64,000 bases of DNA. Source: an uncultured Actinomycetes bacterium. Lineage in GTDB: Bacteria > Actinomycetota > Thermoleophilia > Gaiellales > Gaiellaceae. The stretch is from assembly GCA_963835965.1 (NCBI GenBank), contig CAWIHQ010000004.1:151921-215920 (forward strand), given 5' to 3'. Numbering within the stretch: position 1 is the stretch's first letter; every line of letters starts with the position of its first letter. Below, piece after piece: positions 42,401-51,888 of the stretch. The notes beneath the pieces were generated by a model. The model was given only the letters and a program-made list of their open reading frames with translations. It searched no databases and had not been told where the DNA came from. The position numbers and the translations under genes are program-made.

Positions 42401-43186
42401 TTAGAGTTGTGGCGCCGCGAGGGCGGACGACCGGACCGACCGGTGCATGCCCGCGGACGGCGTCCAGAAATGGTGCTGAGAACCGAACCGGAAGCCGTGG
42501 TGCGGCATCTTCTGCGACCCGGCAGGCAGCGTGCGGTTCACGAGGCTCGTGTAGAAGGTCTGCATCTTGCTGAGAATCGCCTTCTCCTGAGCAGAGCTGA
42601 GATGCTTTGCGGTGACCGCCTCGTCGAGCCTGGTCTTCGTGGCGGCCATGAGCGCGGCGACGACGCCGTCGGCGGTCTTGCCGTGCGCCTTCGCGATCTG
42701 AGCGGGGCTCTTGCCGGATGCGAGAGCGCTCTGCAGCTGTGCCTGCGTGATCCCGAGGTAGGAGGCGACGGTCTTGAGGCCCGTCCCGAGCATCCCGCCG
42801 GCGAGGCCTGCGCCGAACATGCCTCCCCGATGCCCGAACCCGAAGCCGTGACCGCCGACGCCAAAGCCGTGACCGCCGAAGCCAAAGCCGTAGCCGAGCC
42901 CGCCGACGAGCGGCATCTGCCCCTTGTCGATCCGTGCCTTGAGCTCATTGGCTTGCTGCTTCGTGAGCCGGCCGGCCTTGACAGCGGCGTCGATCTGGTC
43001 ATCGAGCGCCTGCCTGAGCGCCGAGGAGAGCGCGCCCGGGGTTACATGTAGACGGCCCGCCGCATCGTTGATGATCGCCTTGCTCTGTTCACTCGGTGAC
43101 TCGAGTTTCGTTGCGGCGACAGCGCTCCCGGCGACGACGACGGCAAGCGCGATGACGCCCATCATGACCCAATAACGACGGCGCAT
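42401..43186 (-). CDS. Secreted hypothetical protein with a Gly-rich (H)GFG repeat core
   Basis: Signal-like N-terminus MRRRYWVMMGVIALAVVVAGSAVAA. Central GGLGYGFGFGGHGFGVGGHGFGFGHRGGMFGAGLAGGMLG flanked by helical regions. Confidence 0.6.
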   Translation of the reverse strand: MRRRYWVMMGVIALAVVVAGSAVAATKLESPSEQSKAIINDAAGRLHVTPGALSSALRQALDDQIDAAVKAGRLTKQQANELKARIDKGQMPLVGGLGYGFGFGGHGFGVGGHGFGFGHRGGMFGAGLAGGMLGTGLKTVASYLGITQAQLQSALASGKSPAQIAKAHGKTADGVVAALMAATKTRLDEAVTAKHLSSAQEKAILSKMQTFYTSLVNRTLPAGSQKMPHHGFRFGSQHHFWTPSAGMHRSVRSSALAAPQL

Positions 43187-43299
43187 TTGCTCCCCTTTCG
43201 TGCTAATCGTGGCACACCGGAGGGGTGCAATCCATGCCCGTCAGGATTCTTACCGAAATCTCACGCTTGGATCCGAGATGACGACGGCCGACCGTCGCG

Positions 43300-43614
43300 C
43301 TACTCGCCGCCGGCCTCTCCGTCGGCTACTCCAGTCGAGGCGGTCGAGAGACTCCTTGCCAGGGTGTCGTGACTGCCGCCGGTGATGCGGCGGTAGTCGG
43401 GGTGATGGTGGCGGCAGACAGGGTGGCCGTGCTCGGGGTGCGGGTGCCAGGCGAGGCGCCAGCACCGGTTGACGTGGCAGTTGCGCTGGCGGATCCAGAT
43501 GACGAAGGCGGTAAGTAGAGTCAGCTCACCGACGTCCGAGCCGATGCCGGACCAGAACTGATAGCCACGGCCCGAGAGAACGTGCTCGAAGTAGGTCTGG
43601 AACCAGCCCGGCAA
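43300..43614 (-). CDS. Small hypothetical membrane protein with a Cys/His-rich segment
   Basis: MPGWFQTYFEHVLSGRGYQFWSGIGSDVGELTLLTAFVIWIRQRNCHVNRCWRLAWHPHPEHGHPVCRHHHPD... Confidence 0.5.
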   Translation of the reverse strand: MPGWFQTYFEHVLSGRGYQFWSGIGSDVGELTLLTAFVIWIRQRNCHVNRCWRLAWHPHPEHGHPVCRHHHPDYRRITGGSHDTLARSLSTASTGVADGEAGGE

Positions 43615-43697
43615 CTCGCGCCGAGTCTAGGCCCGTCGGCGGACGAATCGACCGGCGCTGAAATCCCGCCACAGCGCCGTGCTCATGGCGGGGCACG

Positions 43698-44693
43698 CTA
43701 CTGCGGCGGGCCGCTGATCGGCGTGATCGTGCCGGTCTGGGCGGTTCCGCTCGTATCCGTCCAGCCGATCGAGACGGCCTTGCCGGGCACGAGCGAGAGG
43801 ACGACCCTGAGGACGTCCGCCCTCGACGAGATCGTGGCCCCGTTGAGCGAGGTGATGACGTCTCCCTTGACGAGTCCCGCGAGGTCGGCCGGCTTTCCCG
43901 ACACGACCGACACGATCTTGGCGCTGCTCGAGACATCCTGGAGCAGCACGCCGAGGAACGCCGTCGGCCCGACGTGGACGATGGCGCTCGATTTGCCGTT
44001 CTCGATCTGGCGCGCGAGCCGGAGCGCCTGCGTGAGCGGGATCGCGAAGCCGCGGTGGACGCCGGAGGTCGAGCCGGCGGTCACGATGCCGAGGACGCGG
44101 TTCTGGCTGTTCTCGAGCGGCCCGCCCGAATAGCCGGGCACCACGGGCGCGTCGGTGGCGATCAGGTTGTTCAGCGTCTCGGGGTCGCCGCTGTCTCCCG
44201 TCGCGATGATCTGCTGGTGGAGGGCGATGATCCGGCCCCGCGCCGTCTTCGGCGGGCCGCCGCGGCCCTGTGCGTTCCCGCGGGCGACGACACGCATCAT
44301 GACGTGTAGGGGGATGGCGCCACCTCGCCTGACCGTCCCCAGGCCCGAGGCGTTCGCCAGCTGCAGCACCGCGATGTCTCGCGAGACGGAGTAGCCGACG
44401 ACGGTGGCGGTGTACTTGGTGTGCGTCGTGACGTCGACGACCTTGAACTTCGTCGCTCCCGCGATCACGTGGTTGTTCGTCAGGACCTCTCCCGAGCGCG
44501 AAATGATCATCCCGGTCCCGGCGGCGAGTCCGTGCTCGTAGCCGAGCGTCGTGTAGATGTCGACGATGCCGACGTTCGGGGCGGCTCTCACGGTGTGCGT
44601 CGAGTGCCCGGTGGCGCCGGCCGGAGAGGCGGCTACGGCCGGCGCCAGCGTCGCCAGGACGGCGAGCAGGAGGCGTCGCGTCAGTCCGGGCAC
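43698..44693 (-). CDS. Trypsin-like serine protease with C-terminal PDZ domain (HtrA/S1C family)
   Basis: Signal peptide. Triad contexts TNNHVI, DIAVLQL, PGYSGGPL. PDZ-like GKPADLAGLVKGDVITSLNG. Confidence 0.85.
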   Translation of the reverse strand: MPGLTRRLLLAVLATLAPAVAASPAGATGHSTHTVRAAPNVGIVDIYTTLGYEHGLAAGTGMIISRSGEVLTNNHVIAGATKFKVVDVTTHTKYTATVVGYSVSRDIAVLQLANASGLGTVRRGGAIPLHVMMRVVARGNAQGRGGPPKTARGRIIALHQQIIATGDSGDPETLNNLIATDAPVVPGYSGGPLENSQNRVLGIVTAGSTSGVHRGFAIPLTQALRLARQIENGKSSAIVHVGPTAFLGVLLQDVSSSAKIVSVVSGKPADLAGLVKGDVITSLNGATISSRADVLRVVLSLVPGKAVSIGWTDTSGTAQTGTITPISGPPQ

Positions 44694-44820
44694 GAGAGCA
44701 TCAGAGCAGGAGTCGATGAGCCATGTCTAAGCGATCTGAAAGCCGCATGTAAGCGTCGGTTCGGCCATTTTGCAGCAGATCTTTAACCCGACCGGTACGG
44801 GCCGCCGCTCCTGGCTGCGG

Positions 44821-45273
44821 TTAGAGATCGATCCGCTCTATGACGACGGATTCGCGCGGGCGGTCCGCGGAGTCCGTGTCCACCGCCGAGATCGTGTCGA
44901 CCACGTCCATGCCGCCGGTGACGCGGCCGAACACGGTGTGCTTGCCGTCGAGCCACGGGCACGCGTCCGCGGTCACGATGAAGAACTGGCTCCCGTTCGT
45001 GTTCGGGCCTGCATTTGCCATCGCCAGCGCGCCGCGCACGACCGGGTGGTCGTTGAACTCGTCCTCGAAGGTGTAGCCGGGGCCGCCCGATCCCGTTCCT
45101 TCCGGGTCGCCGCCCTGGATCATGAAGTCTGGGATGATCCGGTGGAAGATGACGCCGTCGTAGAATCCGTCCTCGGCGAGCTTGCGGAAGTTCTCCACCG
45201 TCTTCGGCGCCTCGCCTTCGAACAGCTCGAGAGCGATGGGTCCGTGGTTCGTGTGCAGGGTGGCGGCGGTCAC
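44821..45273 (-). CDS. Cyclophilin-type peptidyl-prolyl cis-trans isomerase
   Basis: [36 protein letters not shown]...[19 protein letters not shown]...LDGKHTVFG. Confidence 0.92.
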   Translation of the reverse strand: MTAATLHTNHGPIALELFEGEAPKTVENFRKLAEDGFYDGVIFHRIIPDFMIQGGDPEGTGSGGPGYTFEDEFNDHPVVRGALAMANAGPNTNGSQFFIVTADACPWLDGKHTVFGRVTGGMDVVDTISAVDTDSADRPRESVVIERIDL

Positions 45274-45575
45274 TGCGGCGGAACGCTATCGGCTAGCGGC
45301 TCGAGCGCGCCGGCGGTAGGTTCGAGCGATCCGTCGCCGAGTCCCGCGACGGCTTCGCGCAGGAGTGCCCGGGCGGCATCGACGTCGTCGGCGGAGAGGA
45401 CGGTCGCGACTCCGGCGAGGTGCTCACCCCGGCCCTCGTCCCAGAGCTCGATCAGGACCGTGTCCAGGTCGCGGCGCGGAGTGTAGGAGTCCTCGGCCAC
45501 GCCGACCCGAACCGCCACGACACGCCCGTCCGGCAGCGCCACCTCCTGCTCGAGCGAAACGCTTCGGAGGGACAT
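45270..45575 (-). CDS. Hypothetical protein (101 aa), translationally coupled to the PPIase gene
   Basis: [26 protein letters not shown]... Its stop overlaps the PPIase GTG (GTGA). Confidence 0.45.
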   Translation of the reverse strand: MSLRSVSLEQEVALPDGRVVAVRVGVAEDSYTPRRDLDTVLIELWDEGRGEHLAGVATVLSADDVDAARALLREAVAGLGDGSLEPTAGALEPLADSVPPQ

Positions 45576-45661
45576 CGTTGTGCCATTCCGCCGGAGGTGG
45601 GTCGGGTTGAAACCAGTGCAGGAGTAGGACCACTGCTGCGCGAACTTGCGCCGAACGGCCC

Positions 45662-46234
45662 ATGGCGGTTCTTCCCGACAACCGCAACCGTGTCCGCGTG
45701 AGCGGCAGCAGAGCACTCCGGTTCTCCCTCGCCCTCGCGGTGCTGGTCGCGACCGCGTTCCTCGCCGATTCGGCGTTCGCGACGAGTCGCTCGGAGAGGA
45801 ACCTCCCGACGCTGAACCATCAGGTGCTCATCGCGGTGAATCGGTTCCGCGCAGCGCACGGCCTCGTAGCGCTGCGCGAGTCGGCGGCTCTCGACAGGTC
45901 GGCGCGCCGGCACTCGCTCGAGATGGGCCGGCGGGGCTACTTCGGTCACTCCTCGGCCGACGGGACCGTGTTCTGGCGGCGCATCCAGCACTACTACCCC
46001 GCGACCAACTTCTCCTACTGGTCGGTCGGCGAGAACCTCATCTGGCAGTCGCAGAGCCTGGGCGCTGCTGCCGCGATGCAACTGTGGATCGCGAGTCCTC
46101 CGCATCTGGCGAATCTGCTGTCTCGCCAGTGGCGCCAGATAGGGGTCTCAGCCGTCGGTGTCCCCCGGGCTCCGGGCGTCTACGGCGGGAGGCACGTGAT
46201 CATCATCACCACCGACTTCGGCGTCCGCCGCTAG
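45662..46234 (+). CDS. CAP/SCP/PR1-like domain secreted protein
   Basis: Signal/TM segment, then VNRFRAAHGL..L..S..L..SA..HS..M...GYFGH.S.DG........VGENL...SP.H..NLL....R.IGV. Confidence 0.75.
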   Translation: MAVLPDNRNRVRVSGSRALRFSLALAVLVATAFLADSAFATSRSERNLPTLNHQVLIAVNRFRAAHGLVALRESAALDRSARRHSLEMGRRGYFGHSSADGTVFWRRIQHYYPATNFSYWSVGENLIWQSQSLGAAAAMQLWIASPPHLANLLSRQWRQIGVSAVGVPRAPGVYGGRHVIIITTDFGVRR

Positions 46235-47263
46235 CGAGCCCGGGCCCTCGGGCGCTCGGCGTCGCAGGTGGTAGAGCCCTATCGCCGCGGGGCCGAGCGG
46301 CAGCCAGAGGTTGAAGACGCGGTACGCGAAGACAGCGAGGACGGCAGCGGGCAGGCTATAGCCGACCCAGACGAGCGCGAACGGTAGGAGTGCCTCGACG
46401 GCGCCCGCGCCCGCGAGCGGGAGCGTCCGCCGCGTCAGGGCGTACCCGGTCGCGTAGCCGACCACGACCGCCGCCACCGAGGGCGTGACCTGATCGAAGG
46501 CGGCGAGACAGACCCAGAGGACGAACACCTCGCCGGCCCAGTACAAGGCCATCCCGCTGAACGCGGCAGCACCGTGCCGGCGCGGCTCCGCGAGGATCCT
46601 CCCGACGACCGCGATCGCCTCGAGCGCCGGCCGCAGCATTCTGCCGATGCGTGCGCGGTAGATCACCTCTCGGTAGCGGACGGCGAGCAGTGCGAGCGCT
46701 GTGCCCGCGGGGACGCCGATCGTCCAAGAGAGCGTCACGGCCCGCTGCGCAGGCCAGTGGTTCAGGAGCAGGAGGATCGAACAGATGCACGCGCCCGCTG
46801 CGAGAACGGCGTACTCGAGCGAACCGAGACCGAGCACTCGGACCCGTGCTTCGTCCTGCGGGACGCCGAGGTCCTGAAGGGCCTCGAGATCCACCGCGAA
46901 CCCGCCGCGCGGGAAGAACATGCCGAACCCCGCGGCGACGATCGCGGCCGCCCGCAGGCGTCCGAGCCGGACCTCACGTCCTATGTTCGCGACCTCTCGG
47001 TAGGCCACCGTGTAACCGACGTGGGCGGCGACGGCTCCGGCGATCGCGAACGGGAACCAGTAGGTGTCCGCGTGTTTGAGGTGCGACGCGACGGCGGCGT
47101 AACCCGCGGCCCCGGCCACGAAGATCGTCGCGATCAGCGAGAGCGCGCCCGCGAGGAGCATCAGCATCACGACGTGGTGCGGCTCGTGCTCGCGGTGATG
47201 CGCGAACAGCACCCCGAGAGGGCTGCCGCGCCGCCGAGCGCGCCGAGCAGGCAACCGCGTCAC
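46148..47263 (-). CDS. Polytopic membrane protein, lysylphosphatidylglycerol-synthase TM-region/UPF0104-like
   Basis: 371 aa with about 8 hydrophobic helices. Family call is tentative. The 3' end overlaps the convergent CAP gene. Confidence 0.55.
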   Translation of the reverse strand: MTRLPARRARRRGSPLGVLFAHHREHEPHHVVMLMLLAGALSLIATIFVAGAAGYAAVASHLKHADTYWFPFAIAGAVAAHVGYTVAYREVANIGREVRLGRLRAAAIVAAGFGMFFPRGGFAVDLEALQDLGVPQDEARVRVLGLGSLEYAVLAAGACICSILLLLNHWPAQRAVTLSWTIGVPAGTALALLAVRYREVIYRARIGRMLRPALEAIAVVGRILAEPRRHGAAAFSGMALYWAGEVFVLWVCLAAFDQVTPSVAAVVVGYATGYALTRRTLPLAGAGAVEALLPFALVWVGYSLPAAVLAVFAYRVFNLWLPLGPAAIGLYHLRRRAPEGPGSLAADAEVGGDDDHVPPAVDARSPGDTDG

Positions 47264-47285
47264 CGGCCCGATGATCCCGGTCGGG

Positions 47286-47746
47286 CTATGACGCCGACCG
47301 AGCGGCGGCGACGGCTTCCAGTCGGGAATCGACGCCGAGCACCTCGACCTGGCGGGGGGTGAGATGCGCGGGCGGCGCGGTGGAACTGTCGCCCGGCTGT
47401 TCCTCGATCAGGCCGAGGATGCCGACCACACCCTCGCCGTTCATGAGCGGCGCCCAGCTGAGCTCGACGGCCACCCGTGTGTGCCGGCGGTCGAGACCAG
47501 GACGCCGGTCGAGTCTGTGGCCGGGGCGGCGGCGATCACCTTCTGGGCGAACAGCTCGCGGGCGCGCCGGCTGTCCTCGGGCGAGACGACCGATTTGTAG
47601 TGGCGACCGCGAATGTCCCCGAGCAGCCGCTCGGCCGCAGGATTGTTCCAGCGGACGTCTCCCGTCGTGTCGAGCACGTAGCTCGGGACGCCGACGTGGT
47701 CCAGAGCCCCCTCGACGTCGCCGCCGACTGTCAGGCCGGTGGCCAT
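47286..47746 (-). pseudogene. PAS-domain/LuxR-type regulator fragment, frameshifted and lacking its HTH
   Basis: MATGLTVGGDVEGALDHVGVPSYVLDTTGDVRWNNPAAERLLG... continues after a 1-nt shift near 47476-47481 (acacac) as (R)VAVELSWAPLMNGEGVVGILGLIEE...HLTPRQVEVL. It then stops where a LuxR HTH should continue. Confidence 0.5.
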
Positions 47747-47826
47747 CACGGAAGTGTGGCTGATCCGGCCCGACGATGACGCGTCCTTCACCACGTCCGC
47801 GAGTCTCCAGTCAGGTGAACTCCGAG

Positions 47827-47899
47827 TGCGCCCGGGAGGATTCGAACCTCCGACCCGCGGATTAGAAGTCCGCCGCTCTGTCCACTGAGCTACGGGCGC
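47827..47899 (-). tRNA. tRNA-Arg (anticodon TCT)
   Basis: Reverse complement: GCGCCCG-TA-GCTCAGTGGACAGAGC-G-GCGGA-CTTCTAA-TCCGC-...-GGAGGTTCGAATCCTCC-CGGGCGC-A. Confidence 0.9.
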
Positions 47900-47932
47900 G
47901 TGCGCAAAGGGTAGACCGCTAGATTGCCGCCG

Positions 47933-49492
47933 ATGGCGGACGCGCTCGAGCAGCTCAAGGAACGGCTGGCCGAGGTCATGGACCTCGGCAAGATCGCGCG
48001 CCTCCTCTCCTGGGATCAGCAGACGATGATGCCGCCCGCCGGCACCGCACACCGCGCCGACCAGTCCGCGACGCTGCTCCGCCTGATGCACGAGCGGTTC
48101 ACCGATCCCGAGGTCGGCCGGATGCTGGAGGAGTTGCGCCCGCTCGAGGACTCGCTCGATCCGGATTCCGACGACGCCGCGCTGATTGCGCTCGTGCGCC
48201 GCGACTACGAGAAGGCGGTGAACGTGCCGGCGTCGCTGCGGGCGGCGATGGCCCACGCCGCCGCCGAGGCCCGGCCCGTCTGGGTGAAGGCGAAGGCGGA
48301 GTCGGACTTCGCCTCCTTCCTGCCGTCGCTCGAGCGGATCGTCGAGCTGAAGCTCGAGTACGTCGACTGCGTCGCGGACGGACCTGGAAGCGTCGTCGGC
48401 GAAGCCGACGACGCCCGGCAGGAAGACCACGCCGCCTCCGGCGGCGCTGGGGCGGCCGAGCGGTACGACGTGCTGCTCGACGACTACGAGCCGCAGACGA
48501 CGACCGCGGAGGTCAGGACGCTGTTCGAGGAGCTGAAGCAGCCGCTGGTCGAGCTGATCAGCGAGCTGCGGGAGCGGGAGGTGGACACCTCGTTCCTGCA
48601 CGGCGACTTTCCGCCCGACCGCCAGCGCGACCTCGCCTACGAGGTGACCGAGCTCTTCGGCCACCGGCCCGACAGCTGGCGGATCGACCCGACCGAGCAC
48701 CCGTTCGCGTCAGGCGCCGGCCGCGACGACGTCCGGATCACGACGAACTACCACCCGGACTCGCTCGAGTCGCTCTTCTCGACGATGCACGAGTACGGCC
48801 ACGGCCTCTACAGCCACCAGCAACCGCAGCACCTCGAGCGGCTGCCGACCGGCGGTCCCTGCTCGCTCGGGATCCACGAGTCGCAGAGCCGGCTCTGGGA
48901 GAACCTCGTCGGCCGCAGCCGTCCGTTCTGGCAGCTCTTCTATCCGCGTCTCCAAGAGACGTACCCCGAGCAGTTCGGAGACGTCGACCTCGAGCGCTTC
49001 CACGCCGGCATCAACGCCGTCACGCCCAGCCTGATCCGCATCCAGGCCGACGAGGTGACGTACGGAATGCACGTCATGCTGCGCTTCGAGCTCGAGCAGG
49101 ACATGGTCGAGGGCCGCGTCGAGCTGCGCGACCTGCCGCAGCGCTGGAACGAGAAGATGTGGGATTACCTGGGCGTCGAGGTGCCCGACGACGGGCACGG
49201 CGTGCTCCAGGACGTCCACTGGTCCGGCGGGTCGATCGGCTACTTCTCCACCTACTTGATCGGGACGGTCGCCTCGGTGCAGATCTGGGAGGCCGCAATG
49301 CGCGACCTGCCCGACCTCGAGGAGCAGGTCGGCCGCGGCGAGTTCGCGCCGCTGCGCGAGTGGCTCGGCGAGCACATCCATGTGTTCGGCCGCAAGTTCT
49401 CGCCGCAGGAGACGCTACGGCGTGCAACCGGCTCCGCGATCGCGGCCCAGCCGTATCTGGACTATCTCCGCCGCACGTACGCGGCGTCGTAG
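47933..49492 (+). CDS. Carboxypeptidase Taq-type metallopeptidase (M32 family)
   Basis: HEYGHGLY (HExxH), DVRITT, GIHESQSRLWEN, IRIQADEVTY, VHWS.G..GYF.TY. ATG 47933 (TTG 47924 is an alternative). Confidence 0.9.
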   Translation: MADALEQLKERLAEVMDLGKIARLLSWDQQTMMPPAGTAHRADQSATLLRLMHERFTDPEVGRMLEELRPLEDSLDPDSDDAALIALVRRDYEKAVNVPASLRAAMAHAAAEARPVWVKAKAESDFASFLPSLERIVELKLEYVDCVADGPGSVVGEADDARQEDHAASGGAGAAERYDVLLDDYEPQTTTAEVRTLFEELKQPLVELISELREREVDTSFLHGDFPPDRQRDLAYEVTELFGHRPDSWRIDPTEHPFASGAGRDDVRITTNYHPDSLESLFSTMHEYGHGLYSHQQPQHLERLPTGGPCSLGIHESQSRLWENLVGRSRPFWQLFYPRLQETYPEQFGDVDLERFHAGINAVTPSLIRIQADEVTYGMHVMLRFELEQDMVEGRVELRDLPQRWNEKMWDYLGVEVPDDGHGVLQDVHWSGGSIGYFSTYLIGTVASVQIWEAAMRDLPDLEEQVGRGEFAPLREWLGEHIHVFGRKFSPQETLRRATGSAIAAQPYLDYLRRTYAAS

Positions 49493-49601
49493 CCTCATCT
49501 CTTGCAGAGCTTCGATCGCGAAGGTCTTCGGGCGCAACGGGGCCGCGCCGCCGCCTCGTTGTCGAACTCCCTCTGGTCGGCCAGGGCGGCTAGCGTGGAA
49601 C

Positions 49602-50162
49602 GTGTCGCCTGATTGGCCTGTCGAGACGAACCGGCTGATGTTGCGGCCGTTCGTCGCCGCGGATTTCGAGGCGATGTACGCGATGCGGTCGGATGCCGAG
49701 GTCGCCCGCTACCTCTACCAAGAGCCGTTGTCACCTGAAGAGACACGAGACCTCCTGACCCGGAAGATGGCGGCGACCGCTTGGGCGAGTGAGGGTGACT
49801 GGCTCGGCGCCGCGGTCGTCGAGCGAGCATCCCTACTCGCCGTCGGGGATGTGGGGCTCCATTGGGTGAGCGAGCGGGACCGGACCGCGGAGATCGGCTT
49901 CACGTTCGACCCGCGCTGCCAGGGGAAGGGGTTCGCCACCGAGGCCGCACGCGCGCTGGTCGACTGGGCGTTCTCCGCGGCGGGCATCCACCGGGTCATC
50001 GGCCGCACGGAGGCTCGCAACACCGCATCGGCTCGAGTGCTCGAGAAGCTCGGGATGCGGCGCGAGGCCCACTTGGTCGAGAACGAGTGGGTAAAGGGTG
50101 AGTGGCAGAGCGAGCTCATCTACGCGGTTCTCGACCGTGAGTGGCCTTCCCGCTCCGCGTAG
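49602..50162 (+). CDS. GNAT-family N-acetyltransferase (RimJ/RimL-like)
   Basis: ETNRLMLRPF...D.E.....R.D.EV.RY, EIGFTFDPRCQGKGFATEAARALVDWAF, RVIGRTEARNTASARVLEKLGMRREA. GTG 49602 chosen. Confidence 0.8.
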   Translation: MSPDWPVETNRLMLRPFVAADFEAMYAMRSDAEVARYLYQEPLSPEETRDLLTRKMAATAWASEGDWLGAAVVERASLLAVGDVGLHWVSERDRTAEIGFTFDPRCQGKGFATEAARALVDWAFSAAGIHRVIGRTEARNTASARVLEKLGMRREAHLVENEWVKGEWQSELIYAVLDREWPSRSA

Positions 50163-50280
50163 AGTCTGGTGGAGGCTCGGGGAACGTGTGGATGCCCGCG
50201 CCCCCGGGGGTGTCCACCACTTGACTCGGTTCGCGTTGCTGTGCATGGTCTTGTCACTACCCAACAACCAAGGAGTAACT

Positions 50281-50673
50281 GTGCTAGCTGCCTACTCGTT
50301 CGGCGACGTCATGTGGACGATGCTCGTGTTCTTCTGCTGGATTCTGTTCTTCTGGCTGCTCTTCGGCGTCTTCGGCGACCTGTTCGGCCGGCACGACATC
50401 AGCGGCTGGGGGAAGGCGGGCTGGACGATCTTGGTGATCATCCTTCCGTTCCTCGGAATCTTCATCTACCTCATCACTCAGGGAAAGAGCATGGGCGAGC
50501 GGGCGCAGCAGAGGGCGCAGGCTCAGCAGTCCCAGATGGACACCTACGTGCGGTCGGTCGCGTCGTCCGGCTCCGCCACGGATGAGATCGCCAAGGGCAA
50601 GGAACTCTTGGCGTCCGGCGCGATCACGCAGGCGGAGTACGACCAGCTCAAAGCCAAAGCGCTCACGACGTAG
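50281..50673 (+). CDS. Small membrane protein with PLD-nuclease-N-like TM region and C-terminal SHOCT domain
   Basis: AAGGAG RBS. WTILVIILPFLGIFIYLI. C-terminal ELLASGAITQAEYDQLKAKAL (SHOCT pattern). Confidence 0.75.
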   Translation: MLAAYSFGDVMWTMLVFFCWILFFWLLFGVFGDLFGRHDISGWGKAGWTILVIILPFLGIFIYLITQGKSMGERAQQRAQAQQSQMDTYVRSVASSGSATDEIAKGKELLASGAITQAEYDQLKAKALTT

Positions 50674-50999
50674 CCTTGGCCTCCCGCGACGGGGGTCCTC
50701 GCCCGGGCGAGTGTCCGGAGAGGACCCCTGACGCGTTGGGTCGTAAGACCTTTCAGGCGGTCGCAAGTCCCGGAGCACGCGTCGCATATCTGAGCGATGC
50801 TTCCGCCAGAGGAGATCCGCCCTGCCCTTCTGATCCGCGGACTCTCCGCTTGCACAACCTCGCCGAGGATGGCGGCCGGGAAGCCGCCGACGATCCAGAG
50901 CCAGACGAAGAGCGCCGCCATCTGCCGAGACTTCTCTCTCAGCGCCTCCGTGCGGCCGCCACAAATCTCAACCCGTTCGAAACGGGCGCTTCGGGCAAG

Positions 51000-51073
51000 G
51001 GTGGCGGACGGGACTCGAACCCGCGGCCACCGGGACCACAACCCGGAGCTCTACCAACTGAGCTACCGCCACC
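51000..51073 (-). tRNA. tRNA-His (anticodon GTG) with encoded G-1
   Basis: Reverse complement: G-GTGGCGG-TA-GCTCAGTTGGTAGAGC-T-CCGGG-TTGTGGT-CCCGG-...-GCGGGTTCGAGTCCCGT-CCGCCAC-C. G-1:C73 pair. Confidence 0.9.
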
Positions 51074-51123
51074 GAGCCGGCACAGCGTAGCGAGGAACCA
51101 GGCGAGATACCCTCTTTGCGCTC

Positions 51124-51195
51124 GGCCCCGTAGCTCAGCGGACAGAGCGGCAGCCTTCGAAGCTGCGTGCGGAGGTTCGATTCCTCCCGGGGCCG
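51124..51195 (+). tRNA. tRNA-Arg (anticodon TCG)
   Basis: GGCCCCG-TA-GCTCAGCGGACAGAGC-G-GCAGC-CTTCGAA-GCTGC-...-GGAGGTTCGATTCCTCC-CGGGGCC-G. Confidence 0.85.
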
Positions 51196-51346
51196 TAAAA
51201 CCATCGATTTGCAGGAATTTTCAGCTTGGAGAGGGGCCACGAAGCGTCACAGACTCCGCCGGGACGTCACGAGTCGTCGAATGCGTGGGTACCCCGGTGG
51301 TGCCCCGTCCGCTAGCTGTCCGCGGGCTGATCGCTGGAGTGGCGCG

Positions 51347-51868
51347 TCAATCGAGGGCTTCGAGCTGGTACCGGTCGTCCTGGGTGGCGACGAGGACGCC
51401 GGCTCCCTTGGCCAGCGGCGGCACGATCTGGCCGGTGAGGCCGAGGATGGCGGCTTCGTTGGTTGGGCTGTGGCCGACGGCGAGCGCCCGGCCGCCGTCG
51501 GGGAGCCGGTCGAAGATGCGGCGGAGCGCGGCGCCGAGGAGCTGCGAGTCGTCGGCGACGAGTTCGGGGTCGGCCTCGCGGAGGGCGTCGAGTGAGCCGC
51601 TGCCGACCATTTGGTAGGCGGTGCGCCAGCGGTCCTCGACCTGTGAGCGCAGGCCGGGTTCGACCATGACGCCGCCCGGTACCTGTTGGCCGAGGGCGGC
51701 GAGGAAGCAGGCGAGCGTCTGCGTCGCGCGCTGGGCGCCGCTTGAGACTCCGAGGTGGTAGCCGCCGCGGAGTTGTGCGCCGATCGCAAGCGCTGCCGTC
51801 AATCCCTCGGCGGTGAGGATGTCCGCGTCGGCGTCGGTGTGCCGCCGCAGCTCGATCTCCTTGGCCAC
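51347..51868 (-). CDS. Histidine phosphatase (phosphoglycerate-mutase-like) family protein
   Basis: EIELRRHTD (RH motif), SSGAQRATQT, AVGHSPTNEAAILGL. GTG 51868 chosen; start uncertain. Confidence 0.6.
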   Translation of the reverse strand: MAKEIELRRHTDADADILTAEGLTAALAIGAQLRGGYHLGVSSGAQRATQTLACFLAALGQQVPGGVMVEPGLRSQVEDRWRTAYQMVGSGSLDALREADPELVADDSQLLGAALRRIFDRLPDGGRALAVGHSPTNEAAILGLTGQIVPPLAKGAGVLVATQDDRYQLEALD

Positions 51869-51888
51869 CGGGGCGACGCTAACAGCGA

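Noticed and set aside
50760-50925. Minus-strand start of a small TM ORF (MAALFVWLWIVGGFPAAILGE...) between the SHOCT gene and tRNA-His
   Set aside because: The first about 20 codons have good GC3. However, the frame has no stop until 50544, deep inside the opposite-strand SHOCT gene, and the tail is low-complexity.
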